The notes below the pieces were generated by a model, which had not been told where the DNA came from, searched no databases, and worked only from the letters and a program-made list of their open reading frames with translations. A DNA stretch of 64,000 nucleotides from the NCBI GenBank assembly GCA_045594665.1, contig JAZNYX010000025.1, positions 698 through 64,697 on the forward strand, in the 5' to 3' direction. Made by a program: the position numbers and the translations under genes. This DNA comes from Clostridia bacterium (GTDB taxonomy: Bacteria > Bacillota > Clostridia > UMGS1883). Below, piece after piece: positions 49,126-58,667 of this stretch; the first letter of the stretch is position 1; each line of letters opens with the position of its first letter.

Positions 49126-49821
49126 TTACTTCACCTCAAATTTATATCCTACGCTCCATACGGTCTTAAGCTGCCACTTATCATTGATTCCCTCAATTTT
49201 TTCCCTGATGCGTTTAACATGGACATCAACTGTTCTTGAATCTCCGTAATAATCAAATCCCCATACGTCCTCCAAAAGCTGTTCACGGGTGAACACACGG
49301 TTGGGATGAGATGCAAGGTAATATAAAAGTTCTAACTCTTTCGGGGGAATATCCATGCTTTTTCCGCACAGAATAAGCTCATAGTTACTAAGATTAACCG
49401 TTATATCGTCATATGAAACAATTTTTTCTTCCTCCTGCTGTTTTTCAGCAGGAGCACTCCTTCGAAGCACCGCTTTGACACGTGCCGCAAGCTCCTTCCC
49501 CTCAAAAGGCTTGACCACATAATCATCAGCACCAAGCTCAAGGCAAAGAACCTTGTCAAAGGTTTCTCCCTTTGCCGTCAGCATAATAATAGGCATCTTG
49601 CTCTCCTTGCGGATTTCACGGCACACGGACACGCCGTCCATCTTGGGCATCATAATGTCAAGTATTGCCAAATCTATATTTCCGCCGCGGAAAATCTCCA
49701 TTGCCTTTTCCCCGTTAAAGCAGATAACGGTTTCAAACCCCTCTTTCTCCAGATAAAGACGGACAAGCTCACAGATATTTGCATCATCGTCTGCGATAAG
49801 TATGGTCTGCGGATTTTTCAT
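49126..49821 (-). CDS. OmpR-family response regulator
   Basis: 231 aa; ILIADDD...LDIMMPKMDG; winged-helix VWSVGYK. Confidence 0.9.
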   Translation of the reverse strand: MKNPQTILIADDDANICELVRLYLEKEGFETVICFNGEKAMEIFRGGNIDLAILDIMMPKMDGVSVCREIRKESKMPIIMLTAKGETFDKVLCLELGADDYVVKPFEGKELAARVKAVLRRSAPAEKQQEEEKIVSYDDITVNLSNYELILCGKSMDIPPKELELLYYLASHPNRVFTREQLLEDVWGFDYYGDSRTVDVHVKRIREKIEGINDKWQLKTVWSVGYKFEVK

Positions 49822-50013
49822 AGCTTTCCCCTGCCTTTCAAAAGCTTCTATGTATATTCTAAAAGTTCCTTCTTAATTTTTCCTTAAATTATTATACCAC
49901 AAAAATCAGAATATGAAATACTTTTTTTCTAACTTTACATTAGCATATACTTATTGTAGATTTATGTACCCTATGTTAATATTTTATGAACGCAAAATAA
50001 GGATATATTAAAT

Positions 50014-50042
50014 AGTAAAAAAACACTCGTAATCGAGTGTTT
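50014..50042 (-). terminator. minus-strand intrinsic terminator (probable 3' end of the toxin mRNA)
   Basis: minus strand: aaacactcga-tta-cgagtgttt followed by TTTTTTT. Confidence 0.6.
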
Positions 50043-50054
50043 CAAAAATCGGTA

Positions 50055-50083
50055 TTGACATTTGTAAAACAATTTGGTATAAT
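50055..50083 (+). promoter_or_regulatory. perfect consensus promoter TTGACA-17-TATAAT for a small plus-strand RNA
   Basis: -35 at 50055..50060, -10 at 50078..50083. Confidence 0.7.
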
Positions 50084-50089
50084 ACGTAT

Positions 50090-50203
50090 AGAAAAAGTGG
50101 AAACCCAAGACGGTTGCCACTACGATACACTGACAATATTGTGAGATTAAATCTCAAACTGTGAGCCTATCTGTTGCAGCAGACGGCTCACTTTTCCTTT
50201 TTA
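50090..50203 (+). ncRNA. candidate type I antitoxin sRNA (~110 nt), convergent with and overlapping the 3' end of the toxin ORF
   Basis: consensus promoter, no RBS-preceded ORF, terminator gtgagcc...ggctcac + CTTTTCCTTTTT at 50161..50202. Confidence 0.55.
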
Positions 50204-50283
50204 TTAGGATTAACATATATGTAGATTGTGAACAACATTCCAACAATACTGCATACACTCCCAATAACAGTCAAAGCGTGCAT
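50188..50283 (-). CDS. 31-aa hydrophobic peptide, candidate type I toxin (Hol-Tox/Fst-like architecture)
   Basis: AAAGGAGG RBS 8 nt upstream of the ATG; MHALTVIGSVCSIVGMLFTIYIYVNPNKKEK = one TM helix plus a Lys-rich tail. Confidence 0.6.
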   Translation of the reverse strand: MHALTVIGSVCSIVGMLFTIYIYVNPNKKEK

Positions 50284-50448
50284 GTATCAGCCTCCTTTCG
50301 GGACATATTTCCCGCATAAAAAGCTGTGCACTCACCTCACCTTTCCGCTTTTATGCGGCATGACAAGGCAACCGTCTTTGTTAACCGTCACACCGTTTAC
50401 AAGGAGGATTAAAAATCAACTGTATAACGGTGGATTTCCACAACGAGC

Positions 50449-50477
50449 ATTATACCATACTTGTCGAATATTGTCAA
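50449..50477 (-). promoter_or_regulatory. perfect consensus promoter TTGACA-17-TATAAT for the toxin mRNA (~160-nt 5' UTR)
   Basis: -35 at 50472..50477, -10 at 50449..50454 on the minus strand. Confidence 0.7.
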
Positions 50478-50480
50478 TTT

Positions 50481-50507
50481 AAAAGGCACCAACCGGTGTC
50501 TTTTTTT
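50481..50507. terminator. hairpin with flanking A-run and T-run (insulating terminator)
   Basis: aaaaggcacc-aa-ccggtgtcttttttt. Confidence 0.5.
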
Positions 50508-50536
50508 ATGCCTGCAAAATAATTTTTTAAAAACCA

Positions 50537-50565
50537 TTGTAAAAGGTGAATTGTGGTGATATAAT
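50537..50565 (+). promoter_or_regulatory. promoter TTGTAA-17-TATAAT with extended -10 (TGaTATAAT)
   Basis: -35 at 50537..50542, -10 at 50560..50565. Confidence 0.6.
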
Positions 50566-50571
50566 AATTAT

Positions 50572-50778
50572 GCTACACAAACTTAATATGGAATAGTAGG
50601 GATATACTTTCATTAGGAATACTATACCCTTTTTTGGGAATACAGTATAAATAGTAAATTTGTTAAAAACGCAAATTTCGGCTTATACTGTATTGAGGTT
50701 TATCCCCCAGTTAAGTTTGTGTAGCAACAATCGGAGTTTGCGTTTTTAGTGCGTCGGCTTCGGTTGGCGCACTTTTTT
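50572..50778 (+). ncRNA. unclassified ~205-nt structured RNA (6S-like rod or cis-regulatory leader) ending in a UUCG-capped terminator
   Basis: 15-bp closing stem 50572..50586/50711..50725; 12-bp stem 50639..50650/50683..50694; 7-bp apical stem; terminator 50749..50778. Confidence 0.5.
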
Positions 50779-50795
50779 AATTTAGGGGATTTTTT

Positions 50796-51239
50796 ATGAT
50801 TAAGACAGTTACCTTTTGCGGACACAGCACTCTTTCATCTGAGGAAAAGGAGTCACTTTTTCCGCTTATCTGCACAGAGGCGGAAAAGCTTATAAAAAAC
50901 GGTGCAGATACCTTTCTGCTTGGCGGTTACGGAAGCTTTGATTACCTTTGTGCCCAAGCCGTAAAAAAGTTAAAGGTAAAATATCCCTTTATTACCTCAA
51001 TTTTCGTTATCCCCTATCTGAACCGCACCTATAATGACGACTTGTATGATTTAACCGAATATCCTCCCCTTGAAAAAGTTCCTCCCCGCTTTGCCATATC
51101 AAAGCGTAACGAATACATGGTACAAAAAGCCGATGTTGTTATCGCCTACGTAAAATATGGCTTTGGCGGCGCAAGCACCACACTTAGCTATGCACAAAGA
51201 AAGAAAAAGGAGATTATTCAGCTATTTCATTCGGTCTAG
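50796..51239 (+). CDS. SLOG-fold (YpsA/DUF1273-like) protein
   Basis: 147 aa; TFCGH...FLLGGYGSFD...ADVVIAY pattern of SLOG/LOG-like Rossmann proteins; assignment by eye. Confidence 0.45.
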   Translation: MIKTVTFCGHSTLSSEEKESLFPLICTEAEKLIKNGADTFLLGGYGSFDYLCAQAVKKLKVKYPFITSIFVIPYLNRTYNDDLYDLTEYPPLEKVPPRFAISKRNEYMVQKADVVIAYVKYGFGGASTTLSYAQRKKKEIIQLFHSV

Positions 51240-51415
51240 AAGATATGTTCATGCATATCTTCTTTTTTTTCTTTAATTTTTGGAATCAAAAATACATTTT
51301 ACCCCAAACGGAAACATTTTATAACATTTTTATTGATAATTCGCCGTTTCTATGGTATGATAAGATATATAAATATGTATTTTTAATGACAGAAAACCAA
51401 GGAGATGTAAAAATT

Positions 51416-52513
51416 ATGAAATTAGGTATAGTAGGACTTCCCAATGTTGGAAAAAGCACCCTTTTTAATGCGATTACAAAGGCAGGTGCAGAGAGTGCAA
51501 ACTATCCTTTTTGTACGATAGAGCCTAATGTGGGCGTTGTAGCCGTTCCCGATGAAAGGCTGGACGTTCTCTCTAAAATGTATAACCCTGAAAAGGTTAC
51601 TCCCGCAATAGTGGAATTTGTGGATATTGCAGGGCTTGTTCGCGGTGCCAGCCGTGGCGAGGGCTTGGGAAATAAATTCCTTGCACATATCCGTGAGGTG
51701 GATGCAATTGTTCACGTGGTAAGATGCTTTGAGGATGCAAATATCGTTCACGTTGACGGAAGCGTGGATCCTCAGCGTGATATTGAAACGATTAATCTAG
51801 AGCTTGTATTTGCCGACCTTGAAAGCGTGGACAAGCGTATTGACAGAACCATGAAAATGATGAAGTCGGGCGATAAGAAATATCAGGCAGAGCTTGAACT
51901 TTGGAAAAGATTCAAGGAAGCGCTTGAAAGCGGAAAGAGTGCAAGAAGCGTGGAAATCACCGACGACGAAGCAGAGATTGTAAAAGAGCTTTCGCTTCTT
52001 ACAATGAAGCCCGTGCTTTATGCCGCTAATGTGGCAGAGGGCGATTTTGCCGCAGGTATCGAAAATAACGAATTCGTGAAAAAGGTAGAGGAAATTGCCG
52101 CATCGGAAAATGCACAGGTACTTCCCATTTCTGCACAGATTGAGGAAGAAATCAGTTCCCTTGACGGCGAAGAAAAGCAGATGTTCTTAGAAGAAATGGG
52201 GCTTAACGAATCAGGTCTTGACAGATTGGTTAAGAAAAGCTACGCACTCCTCGGGCTTATCAGCTATCTTACCGCAGGTACTCCCGAAGTAAGGGCATGG
52301 ACTATTACCCGCGGTACAAAAGCACCTCAGGCGGCAGGAAAAATTCATACCGATTTTGAAAAGGGCTTTATCCGTGCAGAGGTTGTTGCATATAAAGACC
52401 TTATCGAGTGCGGAAGCCACAGTGCCGCAAAGGAAAAAGGACTTGTCCGCAGCGAGGGTAAGGAATATGTAATGCAGGACGGAGACATCGTTCTTTTCAG
52501 ATTTAATGTTTGA
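51416..52513 (+). CDS. ychF: redox-regulated ribosome-binding ATPase YchF
   Basis: start set at [19 protein letters not shown] (AAGGAG RBS); 365 aa; C-terminal TGS-like domain. Confidence 0.95.
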   Translation: MKLGIVGLPNVGKSTLFNAITKAGAESANYPFCTIEPNVGVVAVPDERLDVLSKMYNPEKVTPAIVEFVDIAGLVRGASRGEGLGNKFLAHIREVDAIVHVVRCFEDANIVHVDGSVDPQRDIETINLELVFADLESVDKRIDRTMKMMKSGDKKYQAELELWKRFKEALESGKSARSVEITDDEAEIVKELSLLTMKPVLYAANVAEGDFAAGIENNEFVKKVEEIAASENAQVLPISAQIEEEISSLDGEEKQMFLEEMGLNESGLDRLVKKSYALLGLISYLTAGTPEVRAWTITRGTKAPQAAGKIHTDFEKGFIRAEVVAYKDLIECGSHSAAKEKGLVRSEGKEYVMQDGDIVLFRFNV

Positions 52514-52553
52514 TTCCTATACCCTACATATGATAAAAGAAAGGAGAAATACT

Positions 52554-53756
52554 ATGAACAAAAAAGCACTTTGCCTATTACTTACCTGCGTTATAATGTT
52601 CACAGCATTTATCCCTTTTTCGGAGGCTGAAAACGTGACCATGTACGCCTCCGACGGAAGAACAAGAATAGTTGAAGCAAAGGATATTGCCGCATGGAAG
52701 GCAGTGGGCTGGTTTGAAACTGCCGAGGATGCAAAAATTGTCACGCTGTATTCCATGGACGGCAGAACGCTGGATATTCCGCAGTTTTACCGTGCTGACT
52801 ACAATGCAGTGGGTTGGTACAACACCCGTGAGGAAGTGACCATCACCATGTATTCCATGGACGGCAGGTCGTTGGAGGTATTCAGGGATGCCGCCGAAGC
52901 ACATAACAAGGTAGGCTGGTATTATAATATAAGCGATGTCACCGTGAAAATGTACGACAAGGACGGCAACGAATATACTATTTACAGAGATTTCATAGAA
53001 AGCGAAAAAGAAAAAGGGCTTTCCGACAATAAAAATGACGTTATGCAGCTTATGTTTTCCGCTGACGGAAGATTTATGCACGTCCCCTTTGACAAAGTGG
53101 ATGCTCATAATAAAGTAGGCTGGTTTACTTCGGGCGGAAAAATTGATGCATCAAAGCCTATGGTGGCAATTACTTTTGATGACGGTCCCGGTGCTCCCAC
53201 GGCAAGGGTTTTGGATATTTTGGAAAAGTACAATGTCCCTGCTACGTTTTTTGTACAGGGCAAGAATGTATCACGTTATCCAAACGAAATGGTGCGAGCA
53301 GTCAACATGGGCTGTGAAATCGGAAACCACACTTACAGCCACGTGAATTTATCTGCCTCGTCTACAGGCACTATTGCCCAGCAGATTAATGCCACAAACA
53401 CAGCCGTATACAATGCTACGGGTGTATACCCAAAGATTTACCGTCCTCCATACGGGGCGTACAACAAAGCCGTTCTTAACACAATTGCAATGCCTGCAAT
53501 TATGTGGTCGGTGGATACGCTGGACTGGAAAACCCGCAACCCGGCAAAAACTTTAGCAAGCGTTAAGAGAGATACCAAGGACGGTGCAATCATTCTGATG
53601 CACGATATACATTCTCCCACGGCCGATGCGGTAGAGCCTGTGGTAAAGCATCTTTTGATGCAGGGCTTTCAGCTTGTTACCGTAAGTGACCTTATTAAAT
53701 ATCGTCAAGGTCACGCCGTAAGCGGAAAGGTTTACAACAGCCTTGCTCCCCGATAA
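52554..53756 (+). CDS. secreted polysaccharide deacetylase (NodB domain) with five N-terminal ~34-aa repeats
   Basis: signal peptide MNKKALCLLLTCVIMFTAF; NodB motifs TFDDGP, HTYSH, ILMHD. Confidence 0.85.
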   Translation: MNKKALCLLLTCVIMFTAFIPFSEAENVTMYASDGRTRIVEAKDIAAWKAVGWFETAEDAKIVTLYSMDGRTLDIPQFYRADYNAVGWYNTREEVTITMYSMDGRSLEVFRDAAEAHNKVGWYYNISDVTVKMYDKDGNEYTIYRDFIESEKEKGLSDNKNDVMQLMFSADGRFMHVPFDKVDAHNKVGWFTSGGKIDASKPMVAITFDDGPGAPTARVLDILEKYNVPATFFVQGKNVSRYPNEMVRAVNMGCEIGNHTYSHVNLSASSTGTIAQQINATNTAVYNATGVYPKIYRPPYGAYNKAVLNTIAMPAIMWSVDTLDWKTRNPAKTLASVKRDTKDGAIILMHDIHSPTADAVEPVVKHLLMQGFQLVTVSDLIKYRQGHAVSGKVYNSLAPR

Positions 53757-53810
53757 TTGAATAAACCACTCCTTGACGGGTATACTGAAAGTATCATGTA
53801 CAAGGAGTGA

Positions 53811-55088
<1,278 letters not shown>

Positions 55089-55089
55089 T

Positions 55090-55130
55090 CACCAAAAGGA
55101 CTCAAGCCGGTTGCTTGAGTCCTTTTGGTG
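55090..55130. terminator. bidirectional terminator after eno
   Basis: caccaaaaggactcaagc-cggt-tgcttgagtccttttggtg. Confidence 0.8.
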
Positions 55131-55150
55131 ATTAATAATATGAAAGCACT

Positions 55151-56098
55151 TTAGAAAATTACAATTTCAAGAGTGGGCATCTGAGGAGGAATGCTCATTG
55201 TAGCCATACCGTTTGTACGAGCCTTGAGAGCTGTGCCGACAGCAATATCCTCCAGTGTCCTTTCGTTACCGTCAGCATGTTTTATAACAGTTTCGGCTGC
55301 TACATTAAGCGCAACCTCGTTTTCACCTATGATAAGCTGTGCTACGTTACCCTCTTCATCATTGATGATTTCAGTTACTGTACCTTCCTTAACGATCTGC
55401 GCAATTTCGTCTGTAACAGCAATTTTTACTGCATTTGTCTGCGCAGGGATAGATGCTGTCATTGCTTCATCGTAGATAACATTAAGTTGCATAGCGGAAT
55501 CTATGGCAGAAAGCGCAATTGTTTTACCCTCTGCATCAAGGATTTCTGTTTCCTCTGTTACATTAAGGATAACCTCCCCAAGAACAAAGTCCACTACTGT
55601 AAGAGTGTTTTCGCTAATTTCCGTAGCATAAACGCTTGCTGTAGGGTTCTGCTGAGCTACTTCTTCATTCTCCGAAGTCTCATCAGGAACAAGAATCGCG
55701 TAAGGATTTTCCCACGGATAAAGTCTTCCGCCGAGAATTTCGGGGATAAAGCTTTCAGGAACGTAAGTCGTTCCGTCTATAAGCATAGGAGCTTTACCAA
55801 GAGGCTGATGTGCCATTCTGGAAAATGCATATCCGTCAAAGTCGGGAGAGCAGGTAATAAATATTGCGCCCTTGATAAGTTCAATTGTTCTTGTTTCTTC
55901 AATCCATTTTACTTCAAAGCCGAGTTCTTCGCATACTGCGCGAAGAGGAATCATTACTGTGCCGTCTTCCGCTTTTATGTACTGAGCTTCAATTTTGTTG
56001 TTGTTGACCACAAGTTCATTCTTTTCTTCCTGTGCAAATACACTTAATGCCGAAAGCATCATTATACCTGCAAGCATAATCCCTAAAATTCTCTTCAT
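55151..56098 (-). CDS. secreted protein with copper-amine-oxidase N-terminal-like (stalk) domain
   Basis: start set at MKRILGIML (AAGAGG RBS); ...MIPLRAVCEELGFEVKWIEETRTIEL... Confidence 0.7.
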   Translation of the reverse strand: MKRILGIMLAGIMMLSALSVFAQEEKNELVVNNNKIEAQYIKAEDGTVMIPLRAVCEELGFEVKWIEETRTIELIKGAIFITCSPDFDGYAFSRMAHQPLGKAPMLIDGTTYVPESFIPEILGGRLYPWENPYAILVPDETSENEEVAQQNPTASVYATEISENTLTVVDFVLGEVILNVTEETEILDAEGKTIALSAIDSAMQLNVIYDEAMTASIPAQTNAVKIAVTDEIAQIVKEGTVTEIINDEEGNVAQLIIGENEVALNVAAETVIKHADGNERTLEDIAVGTALKARTNGMATMSIPPQMPTLEIVIF

Positions 56099-56225
56099 TT
56101 TAAACCTCTTTCCACTGTCTTTTGACAGCACTTTTATTTTTCATCAGTTATACGCCACAATTAATGGAAAGGTTCAGAACTTTTTGAAAAATTTTCCGAA
56201 CATTTCTACTTATTCTGAATTTTTT

Positions 56226-56585
56226 CTATTCAAACAATTTTCCTAATGCTTTTTTCTCGATTCTGGAAACATAACTGCGGCTGATACCAAGGATTTTTGC
56301 AACCTCTCTTTGGGGCAGCGGCTCCATGCCGCAAAGCCCGTACCGAAGGCGTATAATCTGCTGTTCACGCTCCGCAAGTGAGCTTCTGATTTTTTTATAA
56401 AGCCGTGAGATTAAATTATCACGGTCGATTTTTTCGCAAATATCCTCATTTTCACTTTGAAGTACATCCATAAGGGAAACCTCGTTTCCGTCACCGTCAA
56501 AGCCTATAGGTTCATTAAGCGAAACCTGGTTTGCAAATTTTTTATCGTGACGGATAGACATAAGGATTTCGTTCGCTATCCCCTC
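56226..56585 (-). CDS. sigK: 3' segment of sporulation sigma factor SigK (regions 3-4; spoIIIC-like); 5' half not in window
   Basis: IANEILMSIRHDKK...PIGFDGDGNEVSLMDVLQSENEDI...QREVAKILGISRSYVSRIEKKALGKLFE; homology to sigma factors stops at ~56580. Confidence 0.8.
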   Translation of the reverse strand, partial: EGIANEILMSIRHDKKFANQVSLNEPIGFDGDGNEVSLMDVLQSENEDICEKIDRDNLISRLYKKIRSSLAEREQQIIRLRYGLCGMEPLPQREVAKILGISRSYVSRIEKKALGKLFE

Positions 56586-58251
56586 TTGACGGCTCTCCGA
56601 AAACATCATCTTCCTCGCTTCCGTAGAGGTACATATGAATGTTTTCGCCGTCCCATACAATTCTTTTTACAAATGTTCTTATAGCTGCTCTCTTTTGCTC
56701 TATATTCATTGTATCGAATGAGCTTGCAAAAGAAGATAATACATCTCGAAGAACATCAAACTCATTATCCGACAATACATTTTCCTCAGTCAGATTTTTT
56801 AAATCGGCAAGCCTTTGTTCTGATGCTTTAATTTCCTTATCTAATTCCTCAATGCGCTGGTTTATATAATCGGTTGCTGCTTCGCCTTTGGCAATGCTTG
56901 TAACAAGATTTTCAATTTGCTTTTTCTTGTCAGCTATGCTATTTTCAAGACTTTCAATCTGTATATCAAGTTCTTCACTGTTAGACTTTATCTTTGTTTT
57001 TGTATTTTCCAACTGTCTGACAAACTCACTGCTGTTTTCGGACAGCTTTTTTATTTCCTCGCAAATTGCTCTGTCTAATACATTTCCGTTAGGATTTTTA
57101 ATCTTGCATTTATGTTGCTGACTTTTCTCTTTAGTTTCACAAAGATAACTGAATCGTCTTTCTCCGTCTTCATAATCTTTGTTATACATTTTAGGTCGCA
57201 TAAAACTGCCGCAATTACCGCACACCAAAAGTCCCGATAATAATGCAGTATGGCTTCTTGGCTTCCTATATGATTTTGATGTGTTCTGTTCAAGGAGCAT
57301 TTGTGCCTTAACCCAGTCTGCACCCGATATAATTCCCTGATGCTTTCCTACTGCTATTATCCATTCGTCTATACTACGCATTACATTGGTTTTTCCTGAC
57401 CTCTGCAGAGTTTTGTTATATCCTATAAGTCCGTGTTTTCCGTCAAACTGTTCCTTTTCGGAATATATATCTACTCCCTTACTTTCAAAATACTTCCAAG
57501 CAGCATTATCAGCAATCATATAAACGGGATTTTGTAGAATTGCTTTAAATGTAAACCTTGTAAAGTCTTTTCCGTTCTTTGTTTTGATGTTATTCTGCAG
57601 AAAATATGTCTCTGTTTTGCTCAAACTGTTGTATTCAAGGAACCTCTCGAAAACAAGTTTGACAATCTCCGCTTCTTCGGGAATAAGCTCCAGCTTATAC
57701 GCTGTCATATCCTTACCGTTTACATTCACTCTTTCAACTATCTTTTTACTTTCATACCCCGTAGGTGTAGCACCGCCAAGCCATCTGCCTGTCTTAGCAA
57801 GCTCGTGCATATTATCCCTTATTCTTTCAGCAATCGTTTCTCGTTCCAACTGTGCAAAGATTGAACAAATATACATCATTGCTTTTCCCATTGGTGTAGA
57901 TGTGTCAAACTTTTCATTGATTGATTCAAAGGTCATATTATAATTATTAAGCTCGTCTATAAGTATTGAGAAATCTCCAACATTACGGCTGATACGGTCT
58001 AATCGGTAACAGACAATACCGCTCAGTTTCTTTTCCTTAGCAGCCTTCATCATTAACTGAAACTGAGGTCTGTTCATATTCTTACCCGAATATCCCTCGT
58101 CCTCAAAAACCAAAATATCTTCGTCTTTTATTTCAGGATTTCTGTTTTTAATATAAGTCTTGCATAACTCAATCTGATTTTCTATGCTTTCACCTTTGCC
58201 TGTAAATTTTGATTTACGTGAATAAATTGCAATTTTTCTGTTATCCATCAT
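56542..58251 (-). CDS. large serine recombinase (SpoIVCA-like)
   Basis: 569 aa; resolvase catalytic domain IAIYSRKSKF...; recombinase domain; Zn-ribbon CGNCGS...C...HKC; C-terminal coiled coil. Confidence 0.9.
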   Translation of the reverse strand: MMDNRKIAIYSRKSKFTGKGESIENQIELCKTYIKNRNPEIKDEDILVFEDEGYSGKNMNRPQFQLMMKAAKEKKLSGIVCYRLDRISRNVGDFSILIDELNNYNMTFESINEKFDTSTPMGKAMMYICSIFAQLERETIAERIRDNMHELAKTGRWLGGATPTGYESKKIVERVNVNGKDMTAYKLELIPEEAEIVKLVFERFLEYNSLSKTETYFLQNNIKTKNGKDFTRFTFKAILQNPVYMIADNAAWKYFESKGVDIYSEKEQFDGKHGLIGYNKTLQRSGKTNVMRSIDEWIIAVGKHQGIISGADWVKAQMLLEQNTSKSYRKPRSHTALLSGLLVCGNCGSFMRPKMYNKDYEDGERRFSYLCETKEKSQQHKCKIKNPNGNVLDRAICEEIKKLSENSSEFVRQLENTKTKIKSNSEELDIQIESLENSIADKKKQIENLVTSIAKGEAATDYINQRIEELDKEIKASEQRLADLKNLTEENVLSDNEFDVLRDVLSSFASSFDTMNIEQKRAAIRTFVKRIVWDGENIHMYLYGSEEDDVFGEPSRGDSERNPYVYPSR

Positions 58252-58359
58252 TCAACAACTCCCATAACAATTATCATAGCGCAACACTAACATTATGGCT
58301 CCCAAACTTATTATGCCTCAAAATTCACGAAAAAGCAAAACCTTTTTTCTAAAAATATG

Positions 58360-58403
58360 AAAAAAGACTGATATAGAGAGCAAATTCGCATCTATACCAG
58401 TCT
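58360..58403 (-). terminator. intrinsic terminator ending the cohesin operon
   Basis: minus strand: agactggtataga...tctatatcagtct followed by TTTTTT. Confidence 0.7.
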
Positions 58404-58431
58404 TTATTTGGGAGTTGTCAAGATTTATTAT

Positions 58432-58608
58432 TTATCTTTGTTTTCTTCTTATCCGTCTTTTAAGCTCTTCCAACCGTATAATAACTTCTTCTTTTTGTGG
58501 CTCTTCCCTCATTAGGTCTACGAGCTTATCAATATACATTACCATTTTATTATCTCTGTCTACATTTCTTTCTTGTATATCTAATACATCTTCAAATATT
58601 CTTATCAA
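58432..58608 (-). CDS. small charged helical hypothetical protein (~58 aa)
   Basis: TTG 58608 preceded by GGAGGTG; ...DKLVDLMREEPQKEEVIIRLEELKRRIRRKQR; start uncertain. Confidence 0.3.
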   Translation of the reverse strand: MIRIFEDVLDIQERNVDRDNKMVMYIDKLVDLMREEPQKEEVIIRLEELKRRIRRKQR

Positions 58609-58667
58609 TATTTTCACCTCCCGAACTCCCAACAATTCAGGTGGTGACTTTCTTCTTTTTAGAATAA

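Noticed and set aside
50228-50482. 84-aa plus-strand ORF across the toxin locus
   Set aside because: It is antisense to the RBS-preceded toxin ORF and its 5' UTR, has no RBS, and has Pro/Thr/Leu-rich composition. The region is better explained as a type I TA locus.
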